A stretch of 64,000 nt of DNA from Macrostomum hystrix. Taxonomy: Eukaryota; Animalia; Platyhelminthes. Each line of letters starts with the position of its first letter. The stretch's first letter is position 1. The position numbers and the translations under genes were made by a program. Below are positions 1-14,034 of the stretch, piece by piece. Below the pieces are notes generated by a model. That model was not told where the DNA came from. It worked only from the letters and a program-made list of their open reading frames with translations, and did not search any database. The stretch lies in NCBI GenBank assembly GCA_950097015.1, contig CATNEN010000025.1, positions 744,001 to 808,000 of the forward strand, read 5' to 3'.

Positions 1-2100
1 AAGAAAGGAAGAGAAAGGAAGAGAAAGGAAGAGAAAGGAAGAGAAAGGGTGAGAAAGGGTGAGAAAGGAAGAGAAATGAAGAGAAAGGAAGAGAAAGGAA
101 GAGAAAGGAAGAGAAAGGGTGAGAAAGGAAGAGAAATGAAGAGAAAGGAAGAGAAAGGGTGAGAAAGGAAGAGAAAGGAAGAGAAAGGGAGAGAAAGGGA
201 GAGAAATGAAGAGAAAGGAAGAGAAAGGAAGAGAAAGGAAGAGAAATGAAGAGAAAGAGTAAGAAAGGAAGAGAAAGGAAGAGAAAGGAAGAGAAAGGAA
301 GAGAAAGGGTGAGAAAGGGTGAGAAAGGAAGAGAAATGAAGAGAAAGGAAGAGAAAGGAAGAGAAAGGAAGAGAAAGGAAGAGAAAGGAAGAGAAAGGGA
401 GAGAAATGAAGAGAAAGGAAGAGAAAAGGTGAGAAAGGAAGAGAAAGGAAGAGAAAGGGAGAGAAAGGGAGAGAAATGAAGAGAAAGGAAGAGAAAGGAA
501 GAGAAAGGAAGAGAAAGAGTAAGAAAGGAAGAGAAAGGAAGAGAAAGGGAGAGAAATGAAGAGAAAGGAAGAGAAAGGGTGAGAAAGGAAGAGAAAGGAA
601 GAGAAAGGAAGAGAAAGGAAGAGAAAGGAAGAGAAAGGAAGAGAAAGGGTGAGAAAGGAATAGAAAGGAAGAGAAAGGAAGAGAAAGTGTGAGAAAGGAA
701 GAGAAAGGGTGAGAAAGGGTGAGAAAGGGAGAGAAAGGAAGAGAAAGAGTGAGAAAGGGAGAGAAAGGAAGAGAAAGGAATAGAAAGGGTGAGAAAGGGA
801 GAGAAAGGAAGAGAAAGGAAGAGAAAGGGTGAGAAAGGAAGAGAAAGAGTGAGAAAGGGAGAGAAAGGAAGAGAAAGGAATAGAAAGGGTGAGAAAGGGA
901 GAGAAAGGAAGAGAAAGGAAGAGAAAGGAAGAGAAAGGAAGAGAAAGGAAGAGAAAGGAAGAGAAAGGGAGAGAAAGGAAGAGAAAGGAAGAGAAAGGGA
1001 GAGAAAGGAAGAGAAAGGAATAGAAAGGGTGAGAAAGGGAGAGAAAGGAAGAGAAAGGAAGAGAAAGGGTGAGAAAGGAAGAGAAAGAGTGAGAAAGGGA
1101 GAGAAAGGAAGAGAAAGGAAGAGAAAGGAAGAGAAAGGAAGAGAAAGGAAGAGAAAGGAAGAGAAAGGAAGAGAAAGGAAGAGAAAGGAAGAGAAAGGAA
1201 GAGAAAGAGTGAGAAAGGAAGAGAAAGAGTGAGAAAGGAAGAGAAAGGAAGAGAAAGGGTGAGAAAGGAAGAGAAAGGGAGAGAAATGAAGAGAAAGGAA
1301 GAGAAAGGAAGAGAAAGAGTGAGAAAGGGAGAGAAAGGAAGAGAAAGGAAGAGAAAGAGTGAGAAAGGAAGAGAAAGGAAGAGAAAGAGTGAGAAAGGGT
1401 GAGAAAGTGTGAGAAAGGAAGAGAAAGGGTGAGAAAGGGAGAGAAAGGAAGAGAAAGAGTGAGAAAGGAAGAGAAAGGAAGAGAAAGGAAGAGAAAGGAA
1501 GAGAAAGGGTAAGAAAGGAAGAGAAAGGGAGAGAAATGAAGAGAAAGGAAGAGAAAGGAAGAGAAAGGAAGAGAAAGAGTGAGAAAGGGAGAGAAAGGAA
1601 GAGAAAGGAAGAGAAAGAGTGAGAAAGGAAGAGAAAGGGTGAGAAAGGAAGAGAAAGGGAGAGAAATGAAGAGAAAGGAAGAGAAAGGAAGAGAAAGGAA
1701 GAGAAAGAGTGAGAAAGGGAGAGAAAGGGAGAGAAAGGAAGAGAAAGGAAGAGAAAGAGTGAGAAAGGGAGAGAAAGGAAGAGAAAGGAAGAGAAAGAGT
1801 GAGAAAGGGAGAGAAAGGAAGAGAAAGGAAGAGAAAGAGTGAGAAAGGGAGAGAAATGAAGAGAAAGGAAGAGAAAGGAAGAGAAAGAGTGAGAAAGGGA
1901 GAGAAAGGAAGAGATAGGAAGAGAAAGAATGAGAAAGGGTGAGAAAGGGTAAGAAAGGAAGAGAAAGGGTGAGAAAGGGTAAGAAAGGAAGAGAAAGGGT
2001 GAGAAAGGGTGAGAGAGGGTGAGAAAGGGTAAGAAAGAATGAGAAAGGGTGAGAAAGGGTAAGAAAGGAAGAGAAAGGGTGAGAAAGGGTGAGAAAGGAA
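1..2100. repeat. 10-bp polypurine tandem array (GAGAAAGGAA)n, about 210 units, truncated by the window start
   Basis: Read directly: the 10-bp register is kept on every line; variants (GGGT, GGGA, TGAA, GAGT) are confined to the last positions of the unit. Confidence 0.98.
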
Positions 2101-2970
2101 GGCATGCTAGCAGGTGGGTAAGTTGTGTATGAAAGGGACATACAGAATGTATATCTTAATCTTGAACTGAGCGGAATCAGAGACTATTACAGATATACGA
2201 GCTAATAGTAAACATTCAGCATCAATTGCATCACGTAATGTTAGAGGTGGGATATACTCACTGTTTTACTATGACAAAATCATATTTATTTCCTACTTTT
2301 TTATGGAAATCGTGTTTTCAAAATCCATCCATCACAATCATGTGACCAAGGATAATAGTGACAAAAATGGCTGACTATGGTAGTCCAGTTCATGAGGGAC
2401 CCGCCAAGTGTTTTTATGACAAGAATGATTTCACCAGGCCAGGTTGAACTGAGTTTGTCGCTCGCTAAGCTCTGTTGGTGTCGTGTTTCCTTCTTGGTTA
2501 GATCAAGCAAGCACGCAGTAAATTATTTTCATTATTCCGTATCGGTACCTGTTACAGGACAAAAAAGGCACAGAAAGGAACAATGATCGAAATCTGAATT
2601 TGGAAGAACAAAAATTTTGACACATTTTTGACGTGCGGTAAACACCCATCGTTTGCGATGTATATTTTCCTTCAACTTTTTTTTACAAAAAAATCTCTTC
2701 TACCCCCTAGGGGCAAGGATTTTATTGTTGCAAAAAAATCGAGATTGCGTAACGATAGTGAAGCCAATTCAATGTTCACACTTTTCACAGATGTCACACC
2801 AACCAAAGTCTGTAGGGAATCTGACTGTTAAAACAAAACTAGCGCAAAATATGAAACTTGATACAATGCTCATTGTTATAAACCAAATGAAAACTTTGAA
2901 ATCAAAACAGCGTAGCTAAAATCTATGAACAAACTCGTTGGAAACATAAAATGAAACTAAAAAATGACAT

Positions 2971-5190
2971 TGATTTAGTACGCAAAGTGGCACTGATTCA
3001 GTACACAAAATGGAACTGATTCAGTACACAAAATGGAACTGATTCAGTACACAAAATGGAACTTATTCAGTACACAAAATGGAACTGATTCAGTACACAA
3101 AATGGAACTGATTCAGTACACAAAATGGAACTGATTCAGTACACAAAATGGAACTGATTCAGTACACAAAATGGAACTGATTCAGTACACAAAATGGAAC
3201 TGATTCAGTACACAAAATGGAACTGATTCAGTACACAAAATGGAACTGATTCAGTACACAAAGTGGCACTGATTCAGTACACAAAGTGGAACTGATTCAG
3301 TACACAAAGTGGAACTGATTCAGTACAAATAATGGAACTGATTCAGTACACAAAGTGGCACTGATTCAGTACACAAAGAGGCACTGATTCAGTACACAAA
3401 GTGGCACTGATTCAGTACACAAAGTGGCACTGATTCAGTACACAAAGTGGCACTGATTCAGTACACAAAGAGGCACTGATTCAGTACACAAAGTGGCACT
3501 GATTCAGTACACAAAGTGGCACTGATTCAGTACACAAAGAGGCACTGATTCAGTACACAAAGAGGCACTGATTCAGTACACAAAGTGGCACTGATTCAGT
3601 ACACAAAGTGGCACTGATTCAGTACACAAAGTGGCACTGATTCAGTACACAAAGTGGCACTAATTCAGTACACACTAATTCAGTACACAAAGAGGCACTA
3701 ATTCAGTACACAAAGAGGCACTGATTCAGTACACACTAATTCAGTACACAAAGAGGCACTAATTCAGTACACAAAGAGGCACTGATTCAGTACACAAAGA
3801 GGCACTAATTCAGTACACAAAGAGGCACTAATTCAGTACACAAAGAGGCACTGATTCAGTACACAAAGAGGCACTAATTCAGTACACAAAGAGGCACTGA
3901 TTCAGTACACAAAGTGGCACTGATTCAGTACACACTAATTCAGTACACAAAGAGGCACTAATTCAGTACACAAAGAGGCACTAATTCAGTACACAAAGAG
4001 GCACTGATTCAGTACACAAAGAGGCACTAATTCAGTACACAAAGAGGCACTGATTCAGTACACAAAGTGGCACTGATTCAGTACACACTAATTCAGTACA
4101 CAAAGAGGCACTAATTCAGTACACAAAGAGGCACTAATTCAGTACACAAAGAGGCACTGATTCAGTACACAAAGAGGCACTAATTCAGTACACAAAGAGG
4201 CACTGATTCAGTACACAAAGTGGCACTGATTCAGTACACACTAATTCAGTACACAAAGAGGCACTAATTCAGTACACAAAGAGGCACTGATTCAGTACAC
4301 AAAGAGGCACTAATTCAGTACACAAAGAGGCACTAATTCAGTACACAAAGTGGCACTAATTCAGTACACACTAATTCAGTACACAAAGAGGCACTAATTC
4401 AGTACACAAAGAGGCACTGATTCAGTACACAAAGAGGCACTGATTCAGTACACAAAGAGGCACTAATTCAGTACACAAAGAGGCACTATTTCAGTACACA
4501 AAGAGGCACTGATTCAGTACACAAAGAGGCACTAATTCAGTACACAAAGAGGCACTGATTCAGTACACAAAGTGGCACTGATTCAGTACACACTAATTCA
4601 GTACACAAAGAGGCACTGATTCAGTACACAAAGTGGCACTAATTCAGTACACACTAATTCAGTACACAAAGAGGCACTAATTCAGTACACAAAGTGGCAC
4701 TGATTCAGTACACAAAGTGGCACTGATTCAGTACACAAAGTGGCACTGATTCAGTACACAAAATGGAACGGATTCAGTACACAAAATGGTACTGATTCAG
4801 TACACAAAGTGGCACTGATTCAGTACACAAAGTGGCACTGATTCAGTACACAAAATGGAACTGATTCAGTACACAAAATGGAACTGATTCAGTACACAAA
4901 ATGGAACTGATTCAGTACACAATGTGGCACTGATTCAGTACACAAAATGGAACTGATTCAGTACACAAAATGGAACTGATTCAGTACACAATGTGGCACT
5001 GATTCAGTACACAAAATGGAACTGATTCAGTACACAAAGTGGCACTGATTCAGTACACAAAATGGAACTGATTCAGTACGCAAAGTGGCACTGATTCAGT
5101 ACACAAAGTGGCACTGGTTCAGTACACAAAGTGGCACTGATTCAGTAGACAAAATGGAACTGATTCAGTACAAAAAGTGGCATCGATTCA
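2971..5190. repeat. 23-bp minisatellite (ACTGATTCAGTACACAAARDGGM)n with occasional 14-bp deletion units
   Basis: GTACAC recurs at 3001 and 3024 (period 23); each unit contains the dyad ACTGA-T-TCAGT. Confidence 0.97.
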
Positions 5191-5795
5191 GAAAAAATGC
5201 ATCTTTTAAACACAAACGCCCTAAAAGTAATTTTTTGTCAAGAAACTCGGTGAGATGCGAGGCTGTATAACACTTAAAATCAATAACGTTTTCCTCTTCA
5301 TTTTTTTAACAATGCCAGTTAGACATTTAGCATGCACATGCTTATGCAAGCACATAAATTGCGCAAACTATTAAGAAAATCGAAAGCAAACTAGTAAAGT
5401 GCAAAAGCCTGAATTTTTCGTAAATGCACTTTCCATTACTTATTCTCCTACACCCTGGCACGATGCCAATTAGAAGTCGGAAATTTTTAACTCCACGCTA
5501 GAACGTATTATGCTAAGAAGGCTTAAATATTGAATGCTGATTGAATCAGAACTGTGAGAACTGGATGCTTTGCTTTGATTTAGCTTTTGCCGGCGATGCG
5601 AATTGCTAATTAAACCATTGAGACAGGGAGTGAGGTGGCTGCGGAGCAGCTGGTACGATGAAATTCGATAGAACTACAATTAACATAATTATGGCAACTT
5701 TATAAGGCCTCATTGCTTTGTTCGCTGCATTCTGTGTACACTCCAAAATGTCTTTGTCTTTCAAAGTCATTCTCCTTGCCACCATCTCCCGCAAA

Positions 5796-5995
5796 ATCTC
5801 ATTCTCTCTACTCATGATCTTATTCTCTCTACTCATGATCTCATTCTCTCTACTCATGATCACATTCTCTCTACTCATGATCTCATTCTCTCTACTCATG
5901 ATCTCATTCTCTCTACTCATGATCTCATTCTCTCTACTCATGATCTCATTCTCTCTACTCATGATCTTATTCTCTCTCTCTCTCTCTCTCTTCTC
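5796..5995. repeat. 21-bp array (CTCATTCTCTCTACTCATGAT)n followed by (CT)n; related to the adjacent 20-bp satellite
   Basis: About 8 units read directly; shares CATTCTC and CTCATGA with the next array. Confidence 0.93.
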
Positions 5996-6000
5996 AGACG

Positions 6001-9000
6001 AATCTCATTCCCCTCATGAGAATCTCATTCTCCTCATAAAAATATCCTTATGAGTATCCCATTCTCCTCATGAGTATCCCATTCTCCTCATGAGTATCCC
6101 ATTCTCCTCATGAGAATCTCATTTTCCTCATGAGTATCCCATTCTCCTCATGAGTATCCCATTCTCCTCATGAGTATCCCATTCTCCTCATGAGTATCCC
6201 ATTCTCCTTATGAGTATCCCATTCTCCTCATGAGTATCCCATTCTCCTCGTGAGTACCCCATTCTGCTCATGAGTATCCTATTCTCCTCATGAGAATCCC
6301 ATTCTCCTCATGAGTATCCCATTCTCCTAATGAGTATCCTATTCTCCTCATGAGAATCCCATTCTCCTCATGAGTATCCCATTCTACTCATGAGTATCCC
6401 ATTCTCCTCATGAGTATCCTATTCTCCTCATGAGTATCCCATTCTCCTCATGAGTATCCCATTCTCCTCATGAGTATCCCATTCTCCTTATGAGTATCCC
6501 ATTCTCCTCATGAGTATCCCATTCTCCTCGTGAGTACCCCATTCTGCTCATGAGTATCCTATTCTCCTCATGAGAATCCCATTCTCCTCATGAGTATCCC
6601 ATTCTCCTCATGAGTATCCTATTCTCCTCATGAGAATCCCATTCTCCTCATGAGTATCCCATTCTCCTCATGAGTATCCTATTCTCCTCATGAGTATCTC
6701 ATTCTCCTCATGAGTATCCCATTCTCCTCATGAGTATCCCATTCTCCTCATGAGTATCCCATTCTCCTTATGAGTATCCCATTCTCCTCATGAGTATCCC
6801 ATTCTCCTCGTGAGTACCCCATTCTGCTCATGAGTATCCTATTCTCCTTATGAGTATCCCATTCTCCTCATGAGTATCCCATTCTCCTCGTGAGTACCCC
6901 ATTCTCCTTATGAGTATCCTATTCTCCTCATGAGAATCCCATTCTCCTTATGAGTATCCCATTCTCCTCATGAGTATCCCATTCTCCTTATGAGTATCCC
7001 ATTCTCCTCATGAGTATCCCATTCTCCTCGTGAGTACCCCATTCTCCTTATGAGTGTCCTATTCTCCTCATGAGAATCCCATTCTCCTCATGAGTATCCC
7101 ATTCTCCTCATGAGTATCCTATTCTCCTCATGAGAATCCCATTCTCCTCATGAGTACCCCATTCTCCTTATGAGTACCCCATTCTCCTCATGAGTATCCC
7201 ATTCTCCTTATGAGTATCCCATTCTCCTCATGAGTATCCCATTCTCCTCGTGAGTACCCCATTCTCCTTATGAGTATCCTATTCTCCTCATGAGAATCCC
7301 ATTCTCCTCATGAGTATCCCATTCTCCTCATGAGTATCCTATTCTCCTCATGAGAATCCCATTCTCCTCATGAGTATCCCATTCTCCTCATGAGTATCCT
7401 ATTCTCCTCATGAGTATCCCATTCTCCTCATGAGTATCCTATTCTCCTCATGAGAATCCCATTCTCCTCATGAGTATCCTATTCTCCTCATGAGTATCCC
7501 ATTCTCCTCATGAGAATCTCATTCTCCTCATGAGTATCCTATTCTCCTCATGAGTATCCCATTCTCCTCATGAGTATCCCATTCTCCTCATGAGAATCTC
7601 ATTTTCCTCATGAGTATCCCATTCTCCTCATGAGTATCCCATTCTCCTCATGAGTATCCTATTCTCCTCATGAGTATCCTATTCTCCTCATGAGAATCCC
7701 ATTCTCCTCATGAGAATCTCATTCTCCTCATGAGTATCCTATTCTCCTCATGAGTATCCCATTCTCCTCATGAGTATCCCATTCTCCTCATGAGAATCTC
7801 ATTTTCCTCATGAGTATCCCATTCTCCTCATGAGTATCCCATTCTCCTCATGAGTATCCTATTCTCCTCATGAGTATCCTATTCTCCTCATGAGAATCCC
7901 ATTCTCCTCATGAGTATCCCATTCTCCTCATGAGTATCCTATTCTCCTCATGAGTATCCCATTCTCCTCATGAGAATCTCATTCTCCTCATGAGTATCCC
8001 ATTCTCCTCATGAGTATCCCATTCTCCTCATGAGAATCTCATTCTCCTCATGAGTATCCTATTCTCCTCATGAGAATCCCATTCTCCTCATGAGTATCCC
8101 ATTCTCCTCATGAGTATCCCATTCTCCTCATGAGTATCCCATTCTCCTCATGAGTATCCCATTCTCCTCATGAGTATCCCATTCTCCTCATGAGTATCCC
8201 ATTCTCCTCATGAGTATCCTATTCTCCTCATGAGAATCCCATTCTCCTCATGAGTATCCTATTCTCCTCATGAGAATCCCATTCTCCTCATGAGTATCCC
8301 ATTCTCCTCATGAGTATCCCATTCTCCTCATGAGTATCCTATTCTCCTCATGAGTATCCCATTCTCCTCATGAGAATCTCATTCTCCTCATGAGTATCCT
8401 ATTCTCCTCATGAGTATCTCATTCTCCTCATGAGTACCCCATTCTGCTCATGAGAATCCCATTCTCCTCATGAGTATCCCATTCTCCTCATGAGTATCCC
8501 ATTCTCCTCATGAGTATCCTATTCTCCTCATGAGTATCCCATTCTCCTCATGAGTATCCCATTCTCCTCATGAGTACCCCATTCTCCTCATGAGTATCCC
8601 ATTCTCCTCATGAGTATCCCATTCTCCTCATGAGTATCCTATTCTCCTCATGAGAATCCCATTCTCCTCATGAGTATCCTATTCTCCTCATGAGAATCCC
8701 ATTCTCCTCATGAGTATCCCATTCTCCTCATGAGTATCCTATTCTCCTCATGAGAATCTCATTTTCCTCATGAGTATCCCATTCTCCTCATGAGTATCCC
8801 ATTCTCCTCATGAGAATCTCATTTTCCTCATGAGTATCCCATTCTCCTCATGAGTATCCCATTCTCCTCATGAGTATCCTATTCTCCTCATGAGTATCCT
8901 ATTCTCCTCATGAGAATCCCATTCTCCTCATGAGTATCCCATTCTCCTCATGAGTATCCTATTCTCCTCATGAGTATCCCATTCTCCTCATGAGAAGCTC

Positions 9001-11866
9001 ATTCTCCTCATGAGTATCCCATTCTCCTCATGAGTATCCCATTCTCCTCATGAGAATCTCATTCTCCTCATGAGTATCCCATTCTCCTCATGAGTATCCC
9101 ATTCTCCTCATGAGTATCCCATTCTCCTCATGAGTATCCCATTCTCCTCATGAGTATCCCATTCTCCTCATGAGAAGCTCATTCTCCTCATGAGAAGCTC
9201 ATTCTTCTCATGAGAATCTCATTCTCCTCATGAGTATCTCATTCTCCTCATGAGAATCTCATTCTCCTCATGAGTATCTCATTCTCCTCATGAGTATCCC
9301 ATTCTCCTCATGAGTATCCCATTCTCCTCATGAGTATCCCATTCTCCTCATGAGTATCCCATTCTCCTCATGAGTATCCCATTCTCCTCATGAGAAGCTC
9401 ATTCTCCTCATGAGAAGTTCATTCTTCTCATGAGAATCTCATTCTCCTCATGAGTATCTCATTCTCCTCATGAGAATCCCATTCTCCTCATGAGTATCCC
9501 ATTCTCCTCATGAGTATCCTATTCTCCTCATGAGTATCCCATTCTCCTCATGAGAATCTCATTCTCCTCATGAGTATCCTATTCTCCTCATGAGTATCCT
9601 ATTCTCCTCATGAGAATCTCATTCTCCTCATGAGTATCCCATTCTCCTCGTGAGTACCCCATTCTGCTCATGAGTATCCTATTCTCCTCATGAGAATCCC
9701 ATTCTCCTCATGAGTATCCCATTCTCCTCATGAGTATCCCATTCTCCTCATGAGTATCCTATTCTCCTCATGAGTATCCCATTCTCCTCATGAGTATCCC
9801 ATTCTCCTCATGAGTACCCCATTCTCCTCATGAGTATCCCATTCTCCTCATGAGTATCCCATTCTCCTCATGAGTATCCTATTCTCCTCATGAGAATCCC
9901 ATTCTCCTCATGAGTATCCTATTCTCCTCATGAGAATCCCATTCTCCTCATGAGTATCCCATTCTCCTCATGAGTATCCCATTCTCCTCATGAGAATCTC
10001 ATTTTCCTCATGAGTATCCCATTCTCCTCATGAGTATCCCATTCTCCTCATGAGTATCCCATTCTCCTCATGAGTATCCTATTCTCCTCATGAGAATCTC
10101 ATTCTCCTCATGAGAATCTCATTCTCCTCATGAGTATCCCATTCTCCTCATGAGTATCCCATTCTCCTCATGAGAATCTCATTCTCCTCATGAGAAGCTC
10201 ATTCTTCTCATGAGAATCTCATTCTCCTCATGAGTATCTCATTCTCCTCATGAGAATCTCATTCTCCTCATGAGTATCCCATTCTGCTCATGAGTATCCT
10301 ATTCTCCTCATGAGAATCTCATTCTCCTCATGAGAATCTCATTCTCCTCATGAGTATCCCATTCTCCTCATGAGTATCCCATTCTCCTCATGAGTATCCC
10401 ATTATACTCATGAGAATCTCATTCTCCTCATGAGAATCTCATTCTCCTCATGAGAAGCTCATTCTCCTCATGAGAATCTCATTCTCCTCATGAGTATCTC
10501 ATTCTCCTCATGAGAATCTCATTCTCCTCATGGGTATCTCATTCTCCTCATGAGAATCTCATTCTCCTCATGAGTATCTCATTCTCCTCATGAGTATCTC
10601 ATTCTCCTCATGAGTATCCCATTCTCCTCATGAGTATCCCATTCTCCTCATGAGAATCTCATTCTCCTCATGAGAAGCTCATTCTTCTCATGAGAATCTC
10701 ATTCTCCTCATGAGTATCTCATTCTCCTCATGAGAATCTCATTCTCCTCATGAGAAGCTCATTCTTCTCATGAGAATCTCATTCTCCTCATGAGTATCTC
10801 ATTCTCCTCATGAGAATCTCATTCTCCTCATGGGTATCTCATTCTCCTCATGAGAATCTCATTCTCCTCATGAGTATCTCATTCTCCTCATGAGTATCTC
10901 ATTCTCCTCATGAGTATCCCATTCTCCTCATGAGTATCCCATTCTCCTCATGAGAATCTCATTCTCCTCATGAGAAGCTCATTCTTCTCATGAGAATCTC
11001 ATTCTCCTCATGAGTATCTCATTCTCCTCATGAGAATCTCATTCTCCTCATGAGTATCCCATTCTGCTCATGAGTATCCTATTCTCCTCATGAGAATCTC
11101 ATTCTCCTCATGAGAATCTCATTCTCCTCATGAGTATCCCATTCTCCTCATGAGTATCCCATTCTCCTCATGAGTATCCCATTATACTCATGAGAATCTC
11201 ATTCTCCTCATGAGAATCTCATTCTCCTCATGAGAAGCTCATTCTTCTCATGAGAATCTCATTCTCCTCATGAGTATCTCATTCTCCTCATGAGAATCTC
11301 ATTCTCCTCATGGGTATCTCATTCTCCTCATGAGAATCTCATTCTCCTCATGAGTATCTCATTCTCCTCATGAGTATCTCATTCTCCTCATGAGTATCCC
11401 ATTCTCCTCATGAGAATCTCATTCTCCTCATGAGAATCTCATTCTCCTCATGAGTATCCCATTCTCCTCATGAGTATCCCATTCTCCTCATGAGTATCCC
11501 ATTCTCCTCATGAGTATCCCATTATACTCATGAGTATCTCATTCTCCTCATGAGAATCTCATTCTCCTCATGAGAATCTCATTCTCCTCATGAGTATCCC
11601 ATTCTCCTCATGAGTATCCCATTCTCCTCATGAGTATCCCATTATACTCATGAGAATCTCATTCTCCTCATGAGAATCTCATTCTCCTCATGAGAAGCTC
11701 ATTCTTCTCATGAGAATCTCATTCTCCTCATGAGTATCTCATTCTCCTCATGAGAATCTCATTCTCCTCATGGGTATCTCATTCTCCTCATGAGAATCTC
11801 ATTCTCCTCATGAGTATCTCATTCTCCTCATGAGTATCTCATTCTCCTCATGAGAATCTCATTCTC
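6001..11866. repeat. 20-bp satellite (ATTCTCCTCATGAGTATCCC)n, about 290 units, with higher-order repeats
   Basis: Exact 20-bp register over 5.8 kb; rare variants recur at 280-bp and 780-bp spacing. Confidence 0.99.
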
Positions 11867-12534
11867 CGCAACCTTTGAAATTATTTTATCATTGAGACTT
11901 TTTCGAGTTCCATATAGACTATGACACATCAAATCGATTGTTTCAGTTGTTTAACAATCAGTTGTTTTCAGTATTTTAATGCCTCGAATCTAGGAAAAAG
12001 TGGTTGACAATCGCTTTCAGTCACAAAGTTCGAAGTTGGAATTCGATTTGTTTTTGCTTGTCAAACATTCTCATGCTCCTAAATGATGCATCACCAGTTT
12101 GATTGTCAGTTGCATTGTCTGGTTCTGATGTCACTTTTAAAAAAGGAGAAAAAAATCACGGATTGCCTGTAAATGCGAGATATTCCGAAGTCTCATGTTC
12201 CAAAGCACTGATTTGCAACGATTAAAATCAAAGAATCAAGGAAGGCATTGTTTGATGTTGCTCAAATTTATTGAGCAATTTATCTAAGATTGAACGCTTT
12301 TAGATTCTTTAAAAAGATAAATTTTCGTATTTCTGTTAACTATTGAACGCTCCTGTTGTGAAGGTCAAAGCAATTTTAATAGCCTAGTTTTATTATTTCT
12401 TAATCAATCGAAGGACTATGCAGGCTCAAAAATATTTGGGCAAGTAGCACTACAAAAAATAAACAGCTGTGTTGTTGATTCTTGTACTATTGGTTCCTTT
12501 TGGTTAACTTATAAGAGGCTTCCCCATCTATTCT

Positions 12535-13200
12535 CTAGCCTACCTCATCTCTCCCTGTCTCATCTCTCCCCTACCTCATCTTTCCCCTACCTCATCTCCC
12601 CCTGTCTCATGTCAATGCTACCTCATCTTTCCCCTACCTCATCTCCCCTGTCTCATCTCTCCCCTACCTCATCTTTCCCCTACCTCATCTCCCCTGTCTC
12701 ATCTCTCCCCTACCTCATCTTTCCCCTACCTCATCTCCCCCTGTCTCATGTCAATGCTACCTCATCTTTCCCCTACCTCATCTCCCCTGTCTCATGTCAA
12801 TGCTACCTCATCTTTCCCCTACCTCATCTCCCCCTGTCTCATGTCAATGCTACCTCATCTTTCCCCTAACTCATCTCCCCCTGTCTCATGTCAATGCTAC
12901 CTCATCTTTCCCCTACCTCATCTCCCCTGTCTCATGTCAATGCAACCTCATCTTTCCCGTCTCTTATTTCCTCCATCTCATCTCTCTGTTGTCTCATCTC
13001 TCTGTTGTCTCATTTCTCTGTTGTCTCATCTCTCTGTTGTCTCATCTCTCTGTTGTCTCATCTCTCTGTTGTCTCATCTCTCTGTTGTCTCATCTCTCTG
13101 TTGTCTCATCTCTCTGTTGTCTTATCTCTCTGTTGTCTCATCTCTCTGTTGTCTCATCTCTCCCTTGTGTCATCTCTCCCCTGTCTCATCTGTCGCCTTA
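12535..13200. repeat. Composite pyrimidine-rich minisatellite (CCTCATCTCCCCTGTCT / TCATGTCAATGCTA units, then 16-bp TCTCATCTCTCTGTTG)
   Basis: Read directly; explains four overlapping low-complexity ORFs. Confidence 0.92.
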
Positions 13201-14034
13201 TAAATCCTGACAAAGTAAAAAATGAATGCAAATATGTTCCAGTTTTCTGCTGCCATTTAATTCTACTTAGAAATCATGTGCTTTATCGATGAGATTAGAG
13301 ATCAAACACAAATCTCTGAAGGGCCAGCGACCCCTGTCGCAGAGACTGACCCTCCCCTCCCCTAGATCCAACACTGGTGACAATTACGCAATGTCCGTCC
13401 GAACTGATGATATTCCGAACTAATGGGAATAAAAATTAATGGTGCTAATTTGGTCTATTGATTTGGTCTTACCTGTGGAATCACCCCTTAGGCGGAGTAT
13501 AAGCACAAATGCGATTATACACATTTTCAGTAATATTAGCACCATCGGTTTTTATCGTATTATCACTTTATTAATTGTTTTTATTTAAGTTCAGTGGGTG
13601 GCTTTTCAAGTTGAAAGTTGTTCCAATTGCCAGGTAAACACATCGCATTAGAAACTTTGTTTTCAAATTCTTGGTTCAATTATGCATGGTTGCGTAACCG
13701 AATCTCTACATGCTGTCTCAATGTCTTTTTAATATCTCCAGGCCATGATCATTGCCTAATTTAGATCCACTCACTATACACCTCTTTATCTAGTCACTAG
13801 CCACTTAGTGTCTACGCCTTATGTCCTCTATCTACGAGTATAATTTGCTTCATCAAAATGTCCCTAGTATTCATGAGCATTAATCTCGTTCAAAAATAGT
13901 TTTCTAATCCCCAATCCACAGTCTCCTTACAATCGAATCCCCATTTCCTAACGATCATCCACTGTTAATCCGAAATCCCCATTTCCCAACAATCAAATCC
14001 TCATTCTTCCTACTGTTCAATTTCCCATACACCT

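Noticed and set aside
246-1842. Lys/Arg/Glu-rich ORFs (RKGEKGRE...)
   Set aside because: Products of a 10-bp repeat that cycles through all frames; starts and stops come from random unit variants.
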